A stretch of 62,870 bases of DNA, the filler included. It is 4 parts of 4 records of this genome, joined end to end, with 100 filler letters (N's around TTAATTAATTAA, not from the genome) between each part and the next. Parts side by side here need not be neighbours in the genome. Positions count along the whole stretch, not along the records: positions 21,667 to 51,465 come from DRR378314_224; 3 more parts are not named here. The stretch is one strand, 5' to 3'. The notes beneath the pieces were generated by a model that saw only the letters and a list, made by a program, of their open reading frames with translations, ran no database searches and was not told where the DNA came from. Made by a program: the position numbers and the translations under genes. Of this stretch, positions 31,528 through 41,686 are shown piece after piece. Position 1 is the first letter of the stretch; each line of letters opens with the position of its first letter.

Positions 31528-32966
31528 TGCATATGACCGGCAGTTTCTCCTCATTCGTCGTGTTTGCAGAAATGCGCACCGGTTCGAACTTTCTTGAGAC
31601 GAACCTCAATGCGCTGGAGGGGGTGGTTTGCCACGGTGAAGCGTTCAATCCGCATTTTATCGGCTACCCAAACCGGACAGAAATTCTTGGCATCACACAA
31701 GACGTCCGGGATGCTGACCCGCTGCAGCTGTTGGATGCCATCCGATCGGGTGCGAGTGAACTTAGGGGGTTTCGTTATTTTCATGATCATGATCCCCGGG
31801 TGCTAGACCACGTTCTTGACGACCCTAGCGTCGCCAAGATCATTTTGACGCGCAATCCGCTCGACAGTTATGTCTCGTGGAAAATTGCGCAGGCCACCGG
31901 CCAGTGGAAGCTGACCAATGTCGCCAGGCGCAAGGATGCCAAGGCACTGTTCGATGCCGAAGAGTTCAGCGCGCATGTAGAGGATCAGCAGGCCTTTCAG
32001 GTGCAGTTGCTGAACCACTTGCAATGCACCGGACAGACAGGATTTTACATTGCCTATGAGGACCTGCAGAGCCTTGATGTGATGAATGGTCTGGCAGTTT
32101 GGCTCGGTGTGTCGGCTCGTTTGGAGGCTCTGGATGATAGTCTCAAGCGGCAAAACCCGGCGCCGGTTACATCGAAGGTGAAGAACCCCGAGGATATGGC
32201 GGTAGCGTTGTCCGGTATGGATCGTTTCAATCTGTCGCGTACGCCAAATTTTGAACCACGTCGCGGTCCTGCGGTGCCGGGATATGTTGCAGGAGTGGTG
32301 ACGCCGCTCCTCTATATGCCGATCCGCAACGGGCTTGAGCAAGTGGTGACAAACTGGATGGGTGAGCTCGATCATGTGTCTGCTGAGGGTCTGATCAGCG
32401 GTCTGAACCAGAAGCAGCTTCGGCAATGGCGACGCGGCACCCCCGATCATCGCAGCTTTACGGTTGTGCGGCATCCATTGGCGCGGGCACATGACGTGTT
32501 TTGCAGGAAGATATTGACGACGGCGACGGGAAGTATGACCAAGATCCGCAACACGTTGCGCCGACGTTTTGACCTCGCTGTACCGGAAGGTGAGCCAGAT
32601 CAATCCTACACGCGCGCGCAGCATCGTGCAGCGTTTGAGCAATTCCTGATCTTCCTGAAAGCAAATCTTTCCGGCCAAACCGCAATTCGCATAGATCCGC
32701 ATTGGGCAAGCCAAACGCAGGTCATCAAAGGGTTTTCTGAGTTGGGTGCACCGGATTTTATCTTCCGAGAGGTCGACATGACAGAGGATCTGCCGTGGCT
32801 TGCACGCAAGCTGGGGCGCATGAAGCCGGCCTCCGTCCCTGCCTGTGGTACCAGTACCGGGCAGCCATTCTCATTGGCGGATATCTACGATGACAAGCTG
32901 GAGGCCATCTGCCGGTCGATTTACGCGCGCGACTATCTTACCTATGGATTCGGAGATTGGTCGTAG
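31527..32966 (+). CDS. NodH/Stf0-like sulfotransferase with a second sulfotransferase-like domain
   Basis: MRTGSNFL (5'-PSB), RNPLDSYVS (3'-PB); C-terminal FTVVRHPLAR, DPHWASQ, YARDY...GF. Confidence 0.82.
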   Translation: MHMTGSFSSFVVFAEMRTGSNFLETNLNALEGVVCHGEAFNPHFIGYPNRTEILGITQDVRDADPLQLLDAIRSGASELRGFRYFHDHDPRVLDHVLDDPSVAKIILTRNPLDSYVSWKIAQATGQWKLTNVARRKDAKALFDAEEFSAHVEDQQAFQVQLLNHLQCTGQTGFYIAYEDLQSLDVMNGLAVWLGVSARLEALDDSLKRQNPAPVTSKVKNPEDMAVALSGMDRFNLSRTPNFEPRRGPAVPGYVAGVVTPLLYMPIRNGLEQVVTNWMGELDHVSAEGLISGLNQKQLRQWRRGTPDHRSFTVVRHPLARAHDVFCRKILTTATGSMTKIRNTLRRRFDLAVPEGEPDQSYTRAQHRAAFEQFLIFLKANLSGQTAIRIDPHWASQTQVIKGFSELGAPDFIFREVDMTEDLPWLARKLGRMKPASVPACGTSTGQPFSLADIYDDKLEAICRSIYARDYLTYGFGDWS

Positions 32967-33029
32967 TCGCCGTCGGCAGCTGCGCGGGCACCTGGCAACT
33001 GCATGCCTGCAGCGCCGGCGTTATCGGGC

Positions 33030-33494
33030 TCAGGCCGCTTGCACGGATTGGCTTTCCGTCAGGATTGTGTGGAGCGTCGACGGGTCCGGATTGGCGCGCA
33101 GCTTGGTGCAAAAACTCTGTTCGCGCAGGGTGCGGGAGACCAAAGCCAGCGCCTTGAGGTGTTCGACCCCGGCGTCCACAGGCGCAAACAATGCAAAGAC
33201 CACATCGACCGGCTGGCGGTCGACCGCGCCAAAGTCCAAAGGCTTCTCTAACGAAACAAACACACCGACCACGCGATCAATGCCACTGAGCCGGGCATGC
33301 GGCAGGGCGACCCCATGGCCAACGCCGGTGGGGCCGAGGCTTTCGCGATCCAACAGCGCTTCTACGGTTGGAGATGCGTCAAGCCCATAGGCTGACTGGG
33401 CCACTTCGGCGACTTCCTGAAACAGGCGCTTCTTGCTCGATGCCGCTCCGATGACTCGGACGGCCTCCTGCTTGAGGATGTTCGAAATCTGCAT
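33030..33494 (-). CDS. ptsN: PTS EIIA-Ntr
   Basis: SKKRLFQ, RESLGPTGVGHGVALPHAR, HLKALA; GGAG RBS upstream of the ATG at 33494. Confidence 0.94.
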   Translation of the reverse strand: MQISNILKQEAVRVIGAASSKKRLFQEVAEVAQSAYGLDASPTVEALLDRESLGPTGVGHGVALPHARLSGIDRVVGVFVSLEKPLDFGAVDRQPVDVVFALFAPVDAGVEHLKALALVSRTLREQSFCTKLRANPDPSTLHTILTESQSVQAA

Positions 33495-33515
33495 TGCCAC
33501 TGCTCCACTCGGGGT

Positions 33516-33540
33516 GAAGGGGCCGTTCTGAGGCCCCTTC
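33516..33540 (-). terminator. Stem-loop between hpf and ptsN
   Basis: GAAGGGGCC-N7-GGCCCCTTC; no strong U tract, so it may be a stability element. Confidence 0.5.
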
Positions 33541-33549
33541 GAAATTCAA

Positions 33550-34113
33550 TCAGGGATCGATCCAGCCGATGTTGCCATCTTCGCGCCGATACACCACGTT
33601 CAGTCCGTCTTTTCCTTCGTTGCGGAATATCAGAACGGGAGAGCCAGCCAACTCCATTTGCATCACGGCTTCACCGACCGACAAAGATGGGATTTTGGTC
33701 TCCATCTCAGCCACAATGATCGGCTGCAGCGATTCCGGCTCCGCGTCGGATTCCACTTGATCAGACGCGAGGATATACGAGCTGGCCCCCATAAGTTCAA
33801 CCGGAACGGCTCGATCCCGGTGATGGTCCTTCAGCCGCCGCTTGTAGCGCCGCAGCTGTTTATCCATTTTTTCCAAGCATCCGTCAAAGGAGCTATAGAT
33901 TTCAGTGGCATGGGCTTTGGCCTGACAGGTCAGACCCGTCGACAGGTGAACGATCGCTTCGCAGACAAATTCATGCGCATTGCGGGAGAAAACGACCTGC
34001 GCGTCGGTAGGTCGGCCTGCGTATTTCTCCAGGACCGCACTCAGCTCGGTCTCCACATGAGTCTGTAGAGATTCGCCGATGTCGATCTGTTTTCCGCTGA
34101 CTTTGTAACGCAT
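33550..34113 (-). CDS. hpf: Ribosome hibernation promoting factor (long HPF/RaiA)
   Basis: SGKQIDIG, KQLRRYKRRLKDHH, EAVMQMEL, NVVYRREDGNIGWIDP. Confidence 0.94.
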   Translation of the reverse strand: MRYKVSGKQIDIGESLQTHVETELSAVLEKYAGRPTDAQVVFSRNAHEFVCEAIVHLSTGLTCQAKAHATEIYSSFDGCLEKMDKQLRRYKRRLKDHHRDRAVPVELMGASSYILASDQVESDAEPESLQPIIVAEMETKIPSLSVGEAVMQMELAGSPVLIFRNEGKDGLNVVYRREDGNIGWIDP

Positions 34114-34391
34114 GTGATCTCCTTTTTGTTTTGCCTGGACCCGTGCAGAACAGCGCAAGGGACTTGCTCAGTCTGTCTTAGGATTGCCAGGAAGGATGGG
34201 CGCCATGCGCAGCATGCAGCGTGCCCGACCCTGAAGACAGGATCATCGCGGAGACTGCAGCGGGTCGCACATGTGCCATGCTTCAATTCGATGACAAAGC
34301 CTGCACGGAGTCAATGTAATTCAGCGTGCAAAGGAGGTGTCCTAACAACCTTTCGGCGAGCGCTCGCCGGTGTGGATCGCTGTAGGGCTAT

Positions 34392-35150
34392 CTAGGAGAT
34401 GCGGAAGTTGTCGCCGAGGTAGACGCGGCGAACATTTTCGTTCTCGACAACCTCTTCCGGGCTGCCAGACATCAGCACCTGTCCATCGTGCAGAATATAA
34501 GCCCGGTCAACGATTTCCAGAGTCTCACGTACGTTGTGATCCGTGATCAAAACACCGATTCCGCGAGTCTTGAGGTCAGATACCAGGCCACGGATGTCGC
34601 CAACGGAGATCGGATCGACACCGGCGAAGGGTTCATCCAGAAGCAGGTACTTTGGGTCGGCCGCAAGGCATCGAGCGATTTCGACACGACGACGCTCGCC
34701 ACCCGATAGCGCAAGTGCGGGGGCGCGCCGCAGGTGTTCTATCGAAAAGTCTGACAACAACTCTCCCAAACGCTCTCGGCGTTTGTGTTCGTCTGAGACG
34801 GCGATATCGAGTACGGCAGAAATATTGTCTTCCACCGACAGGCCGCGGAAAATCGACATTTCCTGTGGCAGATAGCCGATGCCCAAACGTGCCCTGCGGT
34901 ACATAGGCAGGGTGGTGACATTCTGACCGTCGATGGTGACGCTGCCTGCTTCGGGAAAGACGAGGCCTGCAATTGTATAGAAACTCGTGGTCTTTCCTGA
35001 ACCGTTGGGGCCGAGCAATGCAACGACTTCGCCGCGGTTCAATTCCATCGACACGTCGCGGATGACCACTTTCTTGCGGTAGCTCTTGCGCATCTTGTCA
35101 ATGCGCAAGCCAGATGAGCCTGAGGTAACTTTCAGATTTGGGCGGGCCAT
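34392..35150 (-). CDS. lptB: LPS export ATPase LptB
   Basis: GPNGSGKT, YLPQE.SIFR, LSGGERRRVEIAR, LLDEPFAGVDP, ITDHNVRETL. Confidence 0.96.
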   Translation of the reverse strand: MARPNLKVTSGSSGLRIDKMRKSYRKKVVIRDVSMELNRGEVVALLGPNGSGKTTSFYTIAGLVFPEAGSVTIDGQNVTTLPMYRRARLGIGYLPQEMSIFRGLSVEDNISAVLDIAVSDEHKRRERLGELLSDFSIEHLRRAPALALSGGERRRVEIARCLAADPKYLLLDEPFAGVDPISVGDIRGLVSDLKTRGIGVLITDHNVRETLEIVDRAYILHDGQVLMSGSPEEVVENENVRRVYLGDNFRIS

Positions 35151-35650
35151 CAGTCGCCGCCGCTGCCGGGCAGGGTGGCGCGCACACGACCGCTGAGGGT
35201 TGCGTTGCCGGTTGTCAAATTCACCGTCATTTGTTCTGCGCCCATGGTGTTGCCCTGCTGTGTGAGGAGGACGTCGCCCCGCATCACGACTGTTCCGCTT
35301 TCTATGGTATAGTCTGCCGTTCCGGCTTCAGCCGCATCCTCACCACTGACCAGCAGTACATTTCCGCGTGCTTCGAGCCGTTCGATCCCTTTTTTGCCAT
35401 CCGGTTTCCGAACCACCAACACGCTGTCAGCGCTTAGTCGCATCTCACCCTGAATGATCAGCACGTTTCCGGTCAGTAAGGCTGAACCGTCTTTCTGATT
35501 TACATTCAGCTTATCGAATTTCATGTTGACAGGTTGCGACGTGTCCGTTTGGAGAACGCCAAACGAGACCCCTGTCCCTTGTGCCATTGCGGCCGGTGAG
35601 AGGAACAGTGTCGTAAGGCCAAAAAGAATACCTAATGTCAGTCGTAGCAC
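35150..35650 (-). CDS. lptA: LPS transport periplasmic protein LptA
   Basis: Signal peptide, OstA jellyroll motifs (GNVLIIQG, A.GNV); synteny. Confidence 0.88.
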   Translation of the reverse strand: MLRLTLGILFGLTTLFLSPAAMAQGTGVSFGVLQTDTSQPVNMKFDKLNVNQKDGSALLTGNVLIIQGEMRLSADSVLVVRKPDGKKGIERLEARGNVLLVSGEDAAEAGTADYTIESGTVVMRGDVLLTQQGNTMGAEQMTVNLTTGNATLSGRVRATLPGSGGD

Positions 35651-35653
35651 GGG

Positions 35654-36256
35654 CTATCTTTCTACATTTGCAGGATCGTACACTAGCTTTACGCCGTCCG
35701 TGAACTCAATATGTACGGGACCGTTCTGCGAATTTGTGAATATCCGCATCGTGCCCGCTTCGAAATCCCCCAACGGGCCGGTCGCCGTAACGGTGCCGGG
35801 ACTGGTGATCTCCTGCCCGTCGAGAAGCGCGTTCAACGTTTCCGTTTCAACACGGGTACCATCTGCCGTGATAATTCTGACATTCCCAGTCAGGACCGCG
35901 GTGTTCTTATCCGGACGAACAGAACCCACGTCTGACAACATCAGGATGCTGCGTCCGTCAGAAGTGCGAATTTCTGCCTCGATATCACTCGCGGACGCAG
36001 TGCTTTCTCCGCTGCCAGGCAAGGCTTTGGTCGCAGCGATGGTAATTTCGTGACCGGTTTTGGTGGTTCCCGTAAAGAACGGTGCAGTGACTTGCTGTCC
36101 GCGCAAACGGCTTTCGAGGTCGACCTGTGCAAATGGTATCGTCGGATCGGTTTCGATCCGACGCGAAATGAGAAACAGCGTCGAAAGCAGTGCAAGCGCC
36201 GCCAGTGGCAACGCGACCTTGAGATAGGCAACGATACGCGAATAGCGATCCACCAT
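35654..36256 (-). CDS. lptC: LPS export protein LptC
   Basis: YSR.V..LK..LP N-terminal TM anchor, C-terminal F..GVKLVY.P; synteny. Confidence 0.82.
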   Translation of the reverse strand: MVDRYSRIVAYLKVALPLAALALLSTLFLISRRIETDPTIPFAQVDLESRLRGQQVTAPFFTGTTKTGHEITIAATKALPGSGESTASASDIEAEIRTSDGRSILMLSDVGSVRPDKNTAVLTGNVRIITADGTRVETETLNALLDGQEITSPGTVTATGPLGDFEAGTMRIFTNSQNGPVHIEFTDGVKLVYDPANVER

Positions 36257-36314
36257 GTCCGTGCTTCCTCTCAAGGTTTGTTTTGGTCCGGTTGTGGCCG
36301 GGGACTGTCGTTGG

Positions 36315-36929
36315 TCAGGAATGGGCAAAGATGTCTGTGTCCGGCCATCCGGCCAGATCAAGCCGGGAGCGGGTGGGCAGGAAATCGAAACACGCCTGAG
36401 CCAAGTCGAGGCGGTTTTCTCGCAGAAGGCGAATATTCAATTCCTCGCGAAGTCTGTGCAGGTGAAGCACATCAGAGGCGGCATAATCACGTTGTGCCTG
36501 CGTCAGGGTTTCGGCCCCCCAATCGCTCATTTGCTGTTGTTTGGAGATGTCGAGACCAAGCAGATCCTGTGTTAGGTTCTTAAGCCCGTGACGATCTGTG
36601 TAAGTGCGCACCATGCGGCTGGCGATCTTGGTGCAGTACACCGGAGCGGTCAGAGCACCAAAGGCATGATACAAGGCAGCAATATCAAATCGTCCAAAAT
36701 GAAAGAGCTTCAGAACTTTGGTATCTGTCAACATGCGCGTGAGATTCGGCGCTTCGGTCTGCCCTTTGGAAATCTGAACCAGATGCGCATTGCCGTCGCC
36801 GCCGGACATCTGCACCACGCAAAGCCGGTCCCGATGCGGGTTGAGTCCCATGGTTTCGCAGTCGATGGCCACAACAGGTCCAAGGTCAAGGGTGTCGGGA
36901 AGATCATTCTGGTAAAGATGCGTGGCCAC
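36315..36929 (-). CDS. rnd: Ribonuclease D-like 3'-5' exonuclease
   Basis: AIDCETMGL, FHFGRFD, CTKIAS, SDW, YAASDV. Confidence 0.92.
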   Translation of the reverse strand: MATHLYQNDLPDTLDLGPVVAIDCETMGLNPHRDRLCVVQMSGGDGNAHLVQISKGQTEAPNLTRMLTDTKVLKLFHFGRFDIAALYHAFGALTAPVYCTKIASRMVRTYTDRHGLKNLTQDLLGLDISKQQQMSDWGAETLTQAQRDYAASDVLHLHRLREELNIRLLRENRLDLAQACFDFLPTRSRLDLAGWPDTDIFAHS

Positions 36930-37413
36930 GTGGCTGTCCTTGATCCTGCGAGGATTTCTAGGGTGCGGGTTAACGCTGACATAGGCGCTTTATGGTCTAA
37001 ACTCAACAGGCGGTCAGATCAGTACCTGTGGTGAGTTTGCGCGTATTTTCTGCCGATCCTCTGCATGTCGCGCCGCAGAATTTCTAAGTTATGATCGGGT
37101 CGCCGCTGCGCCCGACATATGAAATACGGGCACGAGTCTTGCAGGCCGAACATATGTGCATCGCAGGCTCGGCGGTCTATATCTGATCGTACAGCGACAG
37201 GCGTCTCTATCGGTTTCTTTGGTATAACCTATATAATTCATTGCCTTATCCAGGTGTGTCTTGGGCAAGGTGAGGCGCATTATTTCCGCTTGTTCAAGAC
37301 GTCTGATGCCAGGTTGACGGCTCGCAAACTCTCGACGAGGGCTTGCCAAGATACCGCGCCTTTGCTTTGTCCCGTTCTTGCCGGGGTTAACCGGCAACGC
37401 CATAGAGAGCAAA

Positions 37414-38106
37414 ATGCGCATGCTGGGTGCAATACGCAAGAACCCGGACCGACGTCAGACCTTTGTGATCGTCGGCCTTGGAAATTTCGGATCGACCGTC
37501 GCCAAGGAACTGAGCCGCTTCGGTAATCATGTGATCGGAATAGACTCCAATGAGGCGCGGGTCAGTCAATATGCTGATGAATTGTCTCAGGCATTGATCA
37601 TCGACGCCCGCGACGATCTTGCCCTGCGACAGGCAGGAATTGCGGATTGCGATGTGGCGTTGGTCGCAATGGGCTCCGATCTGGAAGCTTCCATCTTGGC
37701 GGCCATCAACCTCAAGACCCTCGGCGTGCCTGTGGTCTGGGCGAAGGCCACTACCAAGACCCATCACCGTATCCTCAGCAAGCTGAAGGTGGATCGGATC
37801 ATCCACCCGGAGGTCGACGTGGGCATGCATATCGCACAGGTTCTGCACAATCCGCTGGTGCGTGACTACGTGAGCCTTGGCAACGGCTACCATGTGGTGA
37901 ACTTTAAGATCCCACGGTCGCTGGAAGGCAAGGCGCTGGTGGATATCCCCTATGCCGCCGGCCACAACTTGCGCTGCATTGGCGTGATGCGCGGTACCGA
38001 GTTCCTCGGACAGGATGGCTCTGACTGCACCCTCGCGCAAGACGATCTTTTGATCCTGCTCGGAAAACGCTCCGACTTGCGAAATTTTGCGGCCAGCCTG
38101 TCTTGA
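37414..38106 (+). CDS. ktrA: KtrA/TrkA potassium uptake regulatory subunit
   Basis: VGLGNFG Rossmann motif, IIHPE, RCK-C domain; start approximate. Confidence 0.88.
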   Translation: MRMLGAIRKNPDRRQTFVIVGLGNFGSTVAKELSRFGNHVIGIDSNEARVSQYADELSQALIIDARDDLALRQAGIADCDVALVAMGSDLEASILAAINLKTLGVPVVWAKATTKTHHRILSKLKVDRIIHPEVDVGMHIAQVLHNPLVRDYVSLGNGYHVVNFKIPRSLEGKALVDIPYAAGHNLRCIGVMRGTEFLGQDGSDCTLAQDDLLILLGKRSDLRNFAASLS

Positions 38107-39449
38107 AACGCCCCGCAGTAAAGGCCGCTCCACCGGTTGATCGCGGATTGCCGCCGCCGTTGGTGCTGGCACTCCTTTATTTCTCCAGCATCTTCATCGG
38201 CGCGTTGTTGTTGTGGATGCCGATGTCGCATGCCGGCGCGGTCAGCTTTGGCGATGCGTTTTTCACCTCAGCCTCGGCGGTGACGGTGACAGGGCTGGCG
38301 GTGGTGGATACCGGCAGCGATCTCACGCTGATCGGGCAGGCCATTCTCGCGCTTCTGATCCAGCTTGGCGGACTGGGGCTGATGGCCTTTGCGGTGCTGC
38401 TGTTGTCGGCGCTGGGCCTGCCTGTTGGGCTGCCGCAAAGGCTGGTGCTGCGCGAGGACCTCAATCAGCGCACCCTCGGCGGGCTGGCGATCATCGTGCG
38501 CACCATCATGCTGGTGGCGCTGGTGTGCGAGCTGGCCGGGGCGGCGATTCTGTCTTTTGTGTTTGTGCCGGAACTGGGCTGGTTCTTGGGGCTATGGCAT
38601 GCGGTGTTTCACAGCATCTCGGCCTTTAATAACGCAGGTTTTGCGCTCTATCCCGACAGTTTGTCGGGCTATGTGAACAACCCGATCATCAATATCACCA
38701 TCCCGGTGTTGTTCATTCTTGGCGGCCTGGGTTTCATTGTGGTGGGCGATCTGGTCCGCGCACGATCATGGCGGCGGCTCAGCCTGCACAGCAAGTTGAT
38801 GCTGACGGGCACACTGTCGTTGATCCTTATTGGTTGGGCAGGTTTCGCGGCACTTGAGTGGACAAATCCCGCGACGCTTGGTGGTCTTCCAGACACGGCC
38901 AGCCGCCTCTGGGCCAGTTGGTTTCAGGCGGTGACCCCGCGCACGGCTGGCTTCAACACAATCGACACAGGCGGGATGCACGACAGCACCTCGCTTATGA
39001 CCATGTCGCTGATGCTGGTGGGAGGCGGCAGCACCTCCACCGCGGGCGGTATTAAGGTGACCACGTTGATCGTGTTATTGATCGGCACCGTTGCCTTCTT
39101 TCGCCGCCAAACCGCGCTGCATGTTTTTGGCCGCAGCCTCGGGGTGGAGGATGTGATGAAGGTCATGGCGCTGACCACCATAAGTATCTTCGTTGTTCTG
39201 GTGGGGATCTTCCTGATCTCTATTTCACATGACGAGGCATTCCTCGACCTTGCATTCGAGGCCACGTCTGCCTTTGGCACCGTCGGGCTGTCGCGTGGTG
39301 CGACCGGCGAGCTAGATGGCTTTGGCCGTGCCGTAATCATTGCGATCATGTTCTTGGGGCGGGTCGGGCCGCTGACGCTGGGCTTTTTCCTTGCCACGCA
39401 CAGCAGGCCGCGCGTGCGCTATCCCAAGGGTGATGTGTATCTGGGCTGA
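38103..39449 (+). CDS. ktrB: KtrB/TrkH potassium uptake membrane subunit
   Basis: Four pore motifs TVTGL, NNAGF, RTAGF, GTVGL; STAGGIK. Confidence 0.93.
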   Translation: MKRPAVKAAPPVDRGLPPPLVLALLYFSSIFIGALLLWMPMSHAGAVSFGDAFFTSASAVTVTGLAVVDTGSDLTLIGQAILALLIQLGGLGLMAFAVLLLSALGLPVGLPQRLVLREDLNQRTLGGLAIIVRTIMLVALVCELAGAAILSFVFVPELGWFLGLWHAVFHSISAFNNAGFALYPDSLSGYVNNPIINITIPVLFILGGLGFIVVGDLVRARSWRRLSLHSKLMLTGTLSLILIGWAGFAALEWTNPATLGGLPDTASRLWASWFQAVTPRTAGFNTIDTGGMHDSTSLMTMSLMLVGGGSTSTAGGIKVTTLIVLLIGTVAFFRRQTALHVFGRSLGVEDVMKVMALTTISIFVVLVGIFLISISHDEAFLDLAFEATSAFGTVGLSRGATGELDGFGRAVIIAIMFLGRVGPLTLGFFLATHSRPRVRYPKGDVYLG

Positions 39450-39490
39450 GACGTGACTTGGGTCCGCCATATTGCATTTTGGGAGTGTGA

Positions 39491-39519
39491 GGAATTCTCG
39501 CCATCACTGGCGGGATTCC
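39491..39519 (+). terminator. Hairpin downstream of ktrB
   Basis: GGAATTCTCGCCA-TCAC-TGGCGGGATTCC imperfect inverted repeat. Confidence 0.45.
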
Positions 39520-39636
39520 GCTCCTCTTTCAGTTGAGATCATTTCACCTCTGGAACGCTACGCGTGATCTGGGTAGGTGGGCGCGGCCCGGATTATCCGG
39601 CGCATCACTATCCCTTATGATTTATAGGCTATTGTT

Positions 39637-39897
39637 ATGAAAACGAAACTTGTCGCACTTGCACTGACCGTTGCTTTCTCCGCACCTGCTCTGGCTGAAG
39701 AGTGCACCGCGGAACTCGCACAGGCGAAATCCATGGAAGTAAACGCAGGTCTGCAGAAGCTGGCGGCCAAAGATCCGCAGCGCATGCAGGAAGTGGCGAC
39801 CGAGATGATGGAAAAATCCGCCATGTTCGAAAACGCCGATGATCTCTCCGAGGTGTGCGAATACTACGATGGTCTGCTGGAAGAAATGAACTCCTAA
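39637..39897 (+). CDS. Small secreted hypothetical protein
   Basis: Sec signal peptide ending ALA, acidic helical body with two Cys, host-like codon use, hairpin after the stop. Confidence 0.75.
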   Translation: MKTKLVALALTVAFSAPALAEECTAELAQAKSMEVNAGLQKLAAKDPQRMQEVATEMMEKSAMFENADDLSEVCEYYDGLLEEMNS

Positions 39898-40159
39898 GCC
39901 ACCATGATATGCCTGCGGAGTTTGTTTCCGCAGGCACCCCCGCAGAAATGCGGATGTATTTGCGTCGCCACTGATTGACGCTCCCGCGTGCCGCACGCAT
40001 GCAGGCACTTCCGATACCGCAGGCTGTTGTCCTCATGACACCACGCGATGTTCGGCCAAATGCTCTTTCCACCAAAACCTGTTTCCTTAGCACCGGGCGA
40101 CCGGGGAGATCCCTGTGCCGGTTGCTTGCTCGCTGATTGACAGGCTGTGCCAAACCTGT

Positions 40160-40182
40160 TTTATTTTATTTGCCGAAATAAA
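40160..40182. promoter_or_regulatory. Candidate XylR (ROK) operator upstream of xylB
   Basis: TTTATTTT-N7-GAAATAAA, lying over the -10 region of a TTGACA (40137-40142) promoter. Confidence 0.65.
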
Positions 40183-40234
40183 TATGCATACGACCCTGAT
40201 GGGCGTGTGCATCTGGCGATTGGGAGGACATCGA

Positions 40235-41686
40235 ATGTTTCTGGGTCTTGACGTGGGGACGTCGGGGCTGCGCGCGTTGCTGGCCGATGAGGGTGGCAAT
40301 GTCATTGGCGTGGCGGATGCAGCTTATGGGGTCTCACACCCGCATACCGGGTGGAGCGAACAGGACCCGCAGGACTGGATCACCGCCTGCCAGACCGCGA
40401 TTGCAGCTCTGCGTGGGGACCATCCGGCCGAACTGGCCGCTCTGCGCGGCATTGGCCTGAGCGGCCACATGCATGGGGCAACCCTGCTGGATGCGGCGGG
40501 TAAGGTTCTGCGCCCCTGTATTTTATGGAACGATACGCGTTCGGCTGCCGAGGCAGCCCAGCTGGATGGCGCAGAAGGCGTGCGGGATTTGTCGGGGAAT
40601 ATCGTGTTTCCCGGCTTCACCGCGCCAAAACTGGCCTGGGTCGAGGCGCATGAGCCGGAGATTTTTGCTCAGGTCGCCAAGGTGCTGCTCCCCAAGGATT
40701 ATCTGCGCTACTGGCTGACCGGCACATATGTCTCTGACATGTCAGACAGCGCCGGGACGTCATGGCTTGATGTGGGCGCGCGGGATTGGTCGGACCAGCT
40801 GCTGGAAGTGTCCGGCATGCGCCGGGACCAGATGCCCGAACTGGTCGAAGGCTCTGCCGCCAGTGGCGATTTGCGTGACGCGCTTCGCCGCGAATGGGGC
40901 ATAGACGGTCCGGTGGTTATTGCAGGGGGTGGTGGCGACAATGCAGTTGCCGCCTGCGGGGCCGGGTGTTTCCGTGAGGGCGAGGGCTTTGTGAGCCTTG
41001 GCACCTCCGGCGTGCTCCTGGCCGCCAAATCTGCTTATAAACCTGATCCGGCCTCGGCCGTGCATACCTTCTGCCACGCGGTGCCTGATACGTGGTATCA
41101 GATGGGGGTGATCCTTGCGGCGACGGACTGTCTCAATTGGCTGTCGCGCACGCTTGGGCAGACCCCGGCAACGCTGGCGGGACTGCTGCCGGACCAGATC
41201 TCCGGACCCTCTTCGGTGACGTTCTTGCCCTATCTCTCTGGCGAGCGTACGCCGCATAACGATGCCAGCATCCGTGCCACGCTTGCAGGGCTTGATATTG
41301 GCGATGGCCCGGCAGAGCTGACACAGGCGGTGATGGAGGGCGTGGCCTTTGCGCTGCGCGATTGCCTTGAGGCGTTGAAAGGCACCGATACCAACCTTAC
41401 GCGCCTGCTTGCAGTGGGGGGCGGCACCCGGTCCCCTTATTGGGTGGAAACCCTCGCCACCGTTCTTGGCGTGTCCCTCGATATTCCCGATAAGGGCGAG
41501 TTTGGCGCGGCATTGGGCGCCGCCCGTCTGGCGATGACCGCCACCGGTGCTGACATTTCCTCCGTGATGACTGCACCGCCCATCGCCCACACCATTGATC
41601 CACGCCGCGATCTGACCGAGGCCTATGACGCCTCATACGCCCGGTATCGCGCGCTCTATCCCAACATGAAGGCACTGATGACATGA
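40235..41686 (+). CDS. xylB: Xylulokinase
   Basis: [47 protein letters not shown]. Confidence 0.95.
   Translation: MFLGLDVGTSGLRALLADEGGNVIGVADAAYGVSHPHTGWSEQDPQDWITACQTAIAALRGDHPAELAALRGIGLSGHMHGATLLDAAGKVLRPCILWNDTRSAAEAAQLDGAEGVRDLSGNIVFPGFTAPKLAWVEAHEPEIFAQVAKVLLPKDYLRYWLTGTYVSDMSDSAGTSWLDVGARDWSDQLLEVSGMRRDQMPELVEGSAASGDLRDALRREWGIDGPVVIAGGGGDNAVAACGAGCFREGEGFVSLGTSGVLLAAKSAYKPDPASAVHTFCHAVPDTWYQMGVILAATDCLNWLSRTLGQTPATLAGLLPDQISGPSSVTFLPYLSGERTPHNDASIRATLAGLDIGDGPAELTQAVMEGVAFALRDCLEALKGTDTNLTRLLAVGGGTRSPYWVETLATVLGVSLDIPDKGEFGAALGAARLAMTATGADISSVMTAPPIAHTIDPRRDLTEAYDASYARYRALYPNMKALMT

Noticed and set aside
36930-37413. Long intergenic region before ktrA as a riboswitch or tRNA; 135-aa ORF 37119-37526
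   Set aside because: No recognisable ydaO-type, tRNA or protein motif.
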